From assembly GCA_016930515.1 (NCBI GenBank), contig JAFGGO010000108.1, positions 32,224-96,223 on the forward strand: DNA of 64,000 nt, in the 5' to 3' direction. This DNA comes from Promethearchaeota archaeon (GTDB lineage Archaea; Asgardarchaeota; Lokiarchaeia; Sigyniarchaeales; SOKP01). The translations under genes were made by a program, and so were the position numbers. The notes beneath the pieces are model-generated. The model made no database searches. It worked only from the letters and a program-made list of their open reading frames with translations, and had not been told where the DNA came from. Of this stretch, positions 59,548 through 64,000 are shown one piece after another; the stretch's first letter is position 1, and each line of letters opens with the position of its first letter.

Positions 59548-61152
59548 TTAATGTCTAAATACTCGCTTGCCACAAAAAACTAGAGCACATCCTAATTCGT
59601 CAGCTCTCTGAATAACTATATCGTCCTTTATGGATCCACCTGGATTTAATATTGCTTTCGCACCGTGATTAACGGCTGCTTCTAATCCGTCTGGAAATGG
59701 GAAAAAGGAGTCCGTTCCCATGACTGAATTCTTAAGTTCTTCTTTGTGTCCAAATTCTATTGCTTTTTGGATCGCAAGCTTGACAACGTGCACTCTACTT
59801 TGTTGTCCCGCTCCGATTCCAATTGTATAATATCCATCTTCGTAGATTTGAGCAAAACAAGCAGAATTAGACTTTGCCCATTTTGAGACCCTATAAGCAA
59901 AAATCAACGCTTCTTTTTCTTCCTCCGATACTTGCCGCTTGCTTACGACATTCCATTCCTTAATTATGGGTTTATAATCGTATACTTGGACAACAGCCCC
60001 ACCTAAAGTAGATCTGAATTCAAGATTCTTGTATATCTCGTCTTTTTTGTCTAAAAGGTCTCCAAATTCTAGGATTCGCATGTTTCCTTTTGTCTGAAGT
60101 ATTTTTAAAGCGGTTTCTTCGAACGAGGGTGCCATGATAACTTCGATAAAAATCTTTTCTTTATTTACTATGAAGTCTGCAACTTCCTCTGTAAGCTCTT
60201 TATTCACGCCCCAGATACCTCCAAAAGCAGACAATGGATCGCAACTAAAAGCCTTTCTCACGGATGTTAGCTGGCTTTTCTTATCGAGCGCAATTCCGTT
60301 TGGTGATGTATGCTTTAAAATTGCTGTAACATGATGTTCCTTGCCGAAGTCCAACAACATCTGCATGCAAGAGTCAATATCCAGATAATTGTTAAAGGAA
60401 ATTTCTTTACCTCCTAATTGTTTCATGTTGTGAAGTCCGTATTTTGCCGATACATCCTTGTAATAAGCAGCGTCTTGATCCCAGTTTTCACCATATCGAC
60501 AATCCTGAACTTTTTGAAATACTTTTATGATCTGATCGCCCATTTTAAGGCCTGGATTGTAATATTGCTGCAAGAAATTAGCAATTGCTAAATTATAATC
60601 TGCCATTATAGTAAATACTTGTTGAGCAAGCGTGGCGCGAGTTTTTTCCGTAATGGCACCTTTATTTTTACGCATTTCTTGAAGAATTTCATCGTAGTAT
60701 TCTGGTCCTGGTACAACGATAACATCTGGGAAATTCTTTGCTGCAGCACGGATCATTGTCGGTCCACCAATATCGATCATTTCTAAAGCTTCTTCTAAAG
60801 TTATTCCAGGTTTCTCTATTGCTTCTTTAAATTGATATAGGTTACACACGACCATGTCGATTGGTGGGACATCGTACTTTTCAGCATCTTCAACATCTTT
60901 TTGCAGGCTCCTGCGATACAATATACCTCCTTCTACCTTAGGATGCAAGGTTTTTACTCGTCCATCGAACATTTCGGGGGATTCTGTATAATCTGAAATC
61001 TTGGTAACCTTAATGTCGTTTTTTTCTAATAACTTGGCAGTTCCTCCCGTAGATAAGACTTCCACCCTATATTCTTTGACTAGTGTTTTAACAAAATCAA
61101 GAACTCCCGTTTTGTCGTAGACGGACACTAAAATTCTTTCAATTTTTTTCAT
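59548..61152 (-). CDS. purH: Bifunctional AICAR transformylase/IMP cyclohydrolase
   Basis: SVYDKTG, STGGT, GRVKTLHP, IDIGGPTM, KH..P.G, KSN, FFPF.D and RVFRH. Confidence 0.96.
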   Translation of the reverse strand: MKKIERILVSVYDKTGVLDFVKTLVKEYRVEVLSTGGTAKLLEKNDIKVTKISDYTESPEMFDGRVKTLHPKVEGGILYRRSLQKDVEDAEKYDVPPIDMVVCNLYQFKEAIEKPGITLEEALEMIDIGGPTMIRAAAKNFPDVIVVPGPEYYDEILQEMRKNKGAITEKTRATLAQQVFTIMADYNLAIANFLQQYYNPGLKMGDQIIKVFQKVQDCRYGENWDQDAAYYKDVSAKYGLHNMKQLGGKEISFNNYLDIDSCMQMLLDFGKEHHVTAILKHTSPNGIALDKKSQLTSVRKAFSCDPLSAFGGIWGVNKELTEEVADFIVNKEKIFIEVIMAPSFEETALKILQTKGNMRILEFGDLLDKKDEIYKNLEFRSTLGGAVVQVYDYKPIIKEWNVVSKRQVSEEEKEALIFAYRVSKWAKSNSACFAQIYEDGYYTIGIGAGQQSRVHVVKLAIQKAIEFGHKEELKNSVMGTDSFFPFPDGLEAAVNHGAKAILNPGGSIKDDIVIQRADELGCALVFCGKRVFRH

Positions 61153-61257
61153 TTTCGATCAAAATAATTTGTTTTATTTGGTACAGAAATAAATATGATG
61201 AAATTTTGAAATACTTTTTTAATGAGTATTTAATAAAATAGGAAATTAAAATTAGGA

Positions 61258-62727
61258 TTAATACCTACCCATAAGGTCGTGTGGTCGTTGTTCGATTTGA
61301 CCTGCGTTTGAAATAATACCAACTTTTGCTTTTTTCATGTTCGAGATGTTATTAGCTCCCGCATATATCATTCCGTTCCTTAAACCTTCTTTTAAGGTTG
61401 ATAGAACTCCCGAAACCGATCCTACGAACGGAACATAATCACTAACACCTTCTGGGAGTGTTTTTGAACTTTCTCCTTCAATATATCGATCAAGAATAAA
61501 TTCAGATGTTCTGGCCTCTTTTGAACCCATTCCTCGATATACTTTTACCTTACGCCCTTGAATCGTGTCGACATAACCTGGAGATTCTTCGCAACCCGCA
61601 AAGAAATGACCAGACATGATTAGATCAGCCCCTACGGCTATAGCTTTGGGTAAATCTCCCGGATTCTTAAAGCCTCCATCGGCAATCAAGCCAATTTTCG
61701 GGTTGTAATCTGCGATGGCATCAGCAACTTGTGCGGTTGCGTATAATGTGGGGGCTCCTACTCCTGTTTGAATTGAAGTTGAACAGATCGAACCACTTCC
61801 CATTCCAACCTTGAGTCCAATGAATTGTTCGGAAAAATCACACTTAGTTAAAAGGAACTCTGCAGCCTCGTAGGTTCCAATGTTTCCAAGCACGAAATCA
61901 GATTCCAAGGATTCCATGAGATTCTTTGTTCCTCGAATGTCTACATCCTTGTAAAAGGCGGCTACATCTATGAAAAAAATATCCGTATAATGGTCGATCT
62001 CTTTGAGTAGTTTTAACGAAGATATATTTTCGGGAAACTTTGGGCTCAATGCTAATGCACATAAGAGTCTTCCTTCCTCGTCTTTTGATGCTAAAGGAAA
62101 TTCGGGTTTCAGATCCTTAGTTGTTATCAATCCCTTCAAATGTCCATTTTCCGTAATTGGAAGTTTTTCTATTCTATGTTGGAATAACATTTCGAGTGCT
62201 TCTTCTCTAGATGCCCCAGGATCGATCGAAACCACATTCTTGGTCATATAATCCTTAACATCTCCCGTATTCATTATTTCTTCCTTGTAGGGAAAGTCTC
62301 TTTTTGTGAATATGCCGCATACCTTGTTTTCATCGTTAATTACGACTATTCCGCTAATACCATCCTTTTCCATTCTCATTTTCGCTTCAGCAAGCTTTGC
62401 GTCCACTTTGATAGTTGCAACGTCGTCAATTACAAACGATCTTGCCCTTTTTACCTTCCTTACCATCTCTAGCTGTTTTTGAAGGCTACAGTTCCTATGA
62501 AGCACCCCTAATCCTCCTAACAAGGCCATTTTAATGGCCATTTCCTCTGCCGTTACTGTATCCATTGCTGAACTAATTATTGGTACATGAAATTCATATT
62601 TACCTAATTTTGAACTTATATCAATTTTATCAATATCAAAATTAGTATATCCCGGTATGATGAGCATGTCGTCAAATGTGGCAATTATCTCATCGGAATG
62701 AACCTTTTTGCGGAAATAATCTGTCAT
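61258..62727 (-). CDS. guaB: IMP dehydrogenase with CBS pair
   Basis: SAMDTVT, KVGMGSGSICST, IADGG, YRGMGS and PEGV. Confidence 0.93.
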   Translation of the reverse strand: MTDYFRKKVHSDEIIATFDDMLIIPGYTNFDIDKIDISSKLGKYEFHVPIISSAMDTVTAEEMAIKMALLGGLGVLHRNCSLQKQLEMVRKVKRARSFVIDDVATIKVDAKLAEAKMRMEKDGISGIVVINDENKVCGIFTKRDFPYKEEIMNTGDVKDYMTKNVVSIDPGASREEALEMLFQHRIEKLPITENGHLKGLITTKDLKPEFPLASKDEEGRLLCALALSPKFPENISSLKLLKEIDHYTDIFFIDVAAFYKDVDIRGTKNLMESLESDFVLGNIGTYEAAEFLLTKCDFSEQFIGLKVGMGSGSICSTSIQTGVGAPTLYATAQVADAIADYNPKIGLIADGGFKNPGDLPKAIAVGADLIMSGHFFAGCEESPGYVDTIQGRKVKVYRGMGSKEARTSEFILDRYIEGESSKTLPEGVSDYVPFVGSVSGVLSTLKEGLRNGMIYAGANNISNMKKAKVGIISNAGQIEQRPHDLMGRY

Positions 62728-62822
62728 TTTTTCTCTGTTAAAATATTATTCTGCTAATTTGGTTGTTTTTAATAATAAAGATAATTCAAATTTTAAAGTT
62801 TTGTTGATCTATATTAAGGACT

Positions 62823-63734
62823 TCATAAATTTGTCCGATTTTCGCGAGGTAAGTTCTGTATTCTGGGATCGTTTATAAAAGCATTTAAGGTTTGAAGAAA
62901 CATTTCTCGGTCTTTTTGAATATTCGAGGATTCTATTGAACAAAAATTACTTACATGGTCGTTAAAAACTTGAGAAGTAACATTTGGGCCCAAATTTGCG
63001 ATAATCTCTCTTTCCTCTCTTATACAATCAACGGGCTTTAGTAATTCGAATTTACCCTTCTTCCAATCGTCCCAAAGGGGCGTGTTGGGTAATATATTTA
63101 ATGTTCTAAACCGAAAGATTGTGGGATTTATCTCTGTTAAGACACGAGCGGTTTCTTTCACATGTTCATTAGATAATTCATAGCTACCTAATCCAAGCAA
63201 GATATACATGCTTAACTTAATACCTGCGTTCAATATTCTTTTTCCTGCTTTAATAAATGATTCTGCATTAGTTCCCTTCTTCATTATTCGTAATATTTTA
63301 CTTGATCCGCTTTCTAATCCCATATAAACAATATCAAGTCCTGCCTCCGCTAAAGCCTTTAACTCCTCGTCGCTCTTTCTTATAACATCCAAGGCCTTGC
63401 AATAACAACTAATTCGGGGGATCTCTCTCATTTTACCTCGAACATACTTGAGTATCTTTACAAGATATTCTGTTGGCGCGGATGTTGGATTCCCACCTGC
63501 TAGAAATACGGGATATCCATGGTAATTGTTTGCCGCAAAAGCATCGATATCCCTAAGAACGTCCTCCAGTGGTCTTATTGCGTAATCCTGAGGTTTTTCT
63601 CCGAGTATTCCTTTGTATGTCGCGCAAAACTTACATTTATTCCATGAACACCCTCCAGTAACAGCAATGAGCACAGAAAATGCTTCAACGGGGGGTCTTA
63701 TTAATATTACGGAGGGTGGTAAAGATGAATCCAT
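62823..63734 (-). CDS. Radical SAM protein of unknown function
   Basis: IRPP.E..S, GCSWNKCKFC, YMGLESGS and DH.SN. Confidence 0.85.
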   Translation of the reverse strand: MDSSLPPSVILIRPPVEAFSVLIAVTGGCSWNKCKFCATYKGILGEKPQDYAIRPLEDVLRDIDAFAANNYHGYPVFLAGGNPTSAPTEYLVKILKYVRGKMREIPRISCYCKALDVIRKSDEELKALAEAGLDIVYMGLESGSSKILRIMKKGTNAESFIKAGKRILNAGIKLSMYILLGLGSYELSNEHVKETARVLTEINPTIFRFRTLNILPNTPLWDDWKKGKFELLKPVDCIREEREIIANLGPNVTSQVFNDHVSNFCSIESSNIQKDREMFLQTLNAFINDPRIQNLPRENRTNL

Positions 63735-64000
63735 TTAAATCAATTACATATCTATTTTGTAATTATAATTTATGAAAGAAAAAATTTAGATTTTATTCTT
63801 ATTTTCAATAATGAAAAATATGTTATAGCCTTAGCGATTTCGTTTGAATTCTATTTTATTTTTTCACAATTTTTAAATATCTTTTATATTATTTTTATAA
63901 CAACAGTCTATTTCAAGAGTAAGAAAAAGGTCATTTTTTTTAATTAAGCACAATTCATTTCAAATATACTTTAATATATATCAAATATTTTCTACCTTCA

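Noticed and set aside
1-64000. CRISPR arrays, tRNA/rRNA genes, transposases, and the many 60-150 aa antisense ORFs in the track
   Set aside because: No such RNA genes, arrays or transposases were recognised by eye. The short ORFs overlap well-supported genes on the other strand or frame and lack motifs.

Overview
A 64 kb AT-rich archaeal window that reads as an Asgard archaeon, most likely Lokiarchaeia/Promethearchaeia. The evidence is a Rab-like small GTPase, a roadblock protein, a BAR-like coiled-coil protein, a profilin-like domain, PGY-type C-terminal sorting signals on surface proteins and an archaeal RadA. Housekeeping genes include purH, guaB, aspartate kinase, a PGI-like protein, dCMP deaminase, a U32 family protein, a thiolase/DUF35 pair and a three-gene glycerol-3-phosphate dehydrogenase-like operon. 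Two accessory blocks sit among them. The first is a TetR/methyltransferase pair next to one activase and three non-PFL glycyl-radical enzymes (16.7-27.1 kb). The second is an isoprenoid cluster that interleaves mevalonate genes (mvaD-like, class II HMGR, HMGCS with a DUF35-like tail, fni) with a carotenoid pathway (crtB, crtI, crtYcd, crtD-like, cruF) at 27.3-38.7 kb. The most unusual single genes are a compact EF-G-like translational GTPase fused to a YqgF/RNase H-fold nuclease, a BAR protein resembling eukaryotic CIBAR/FAM92, a broken profilin-methyltransferase fusion, a cold-shock-domain/DEAD-box helicase fusion, and a zinc-ribbon membrane gene with an ATA start that the ORF track missed. 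No tRNA, rRNA, CRISPR array or IS element was seen. All family calls come from motif recognition by eye and remembered consensus sequences; no database search was run.
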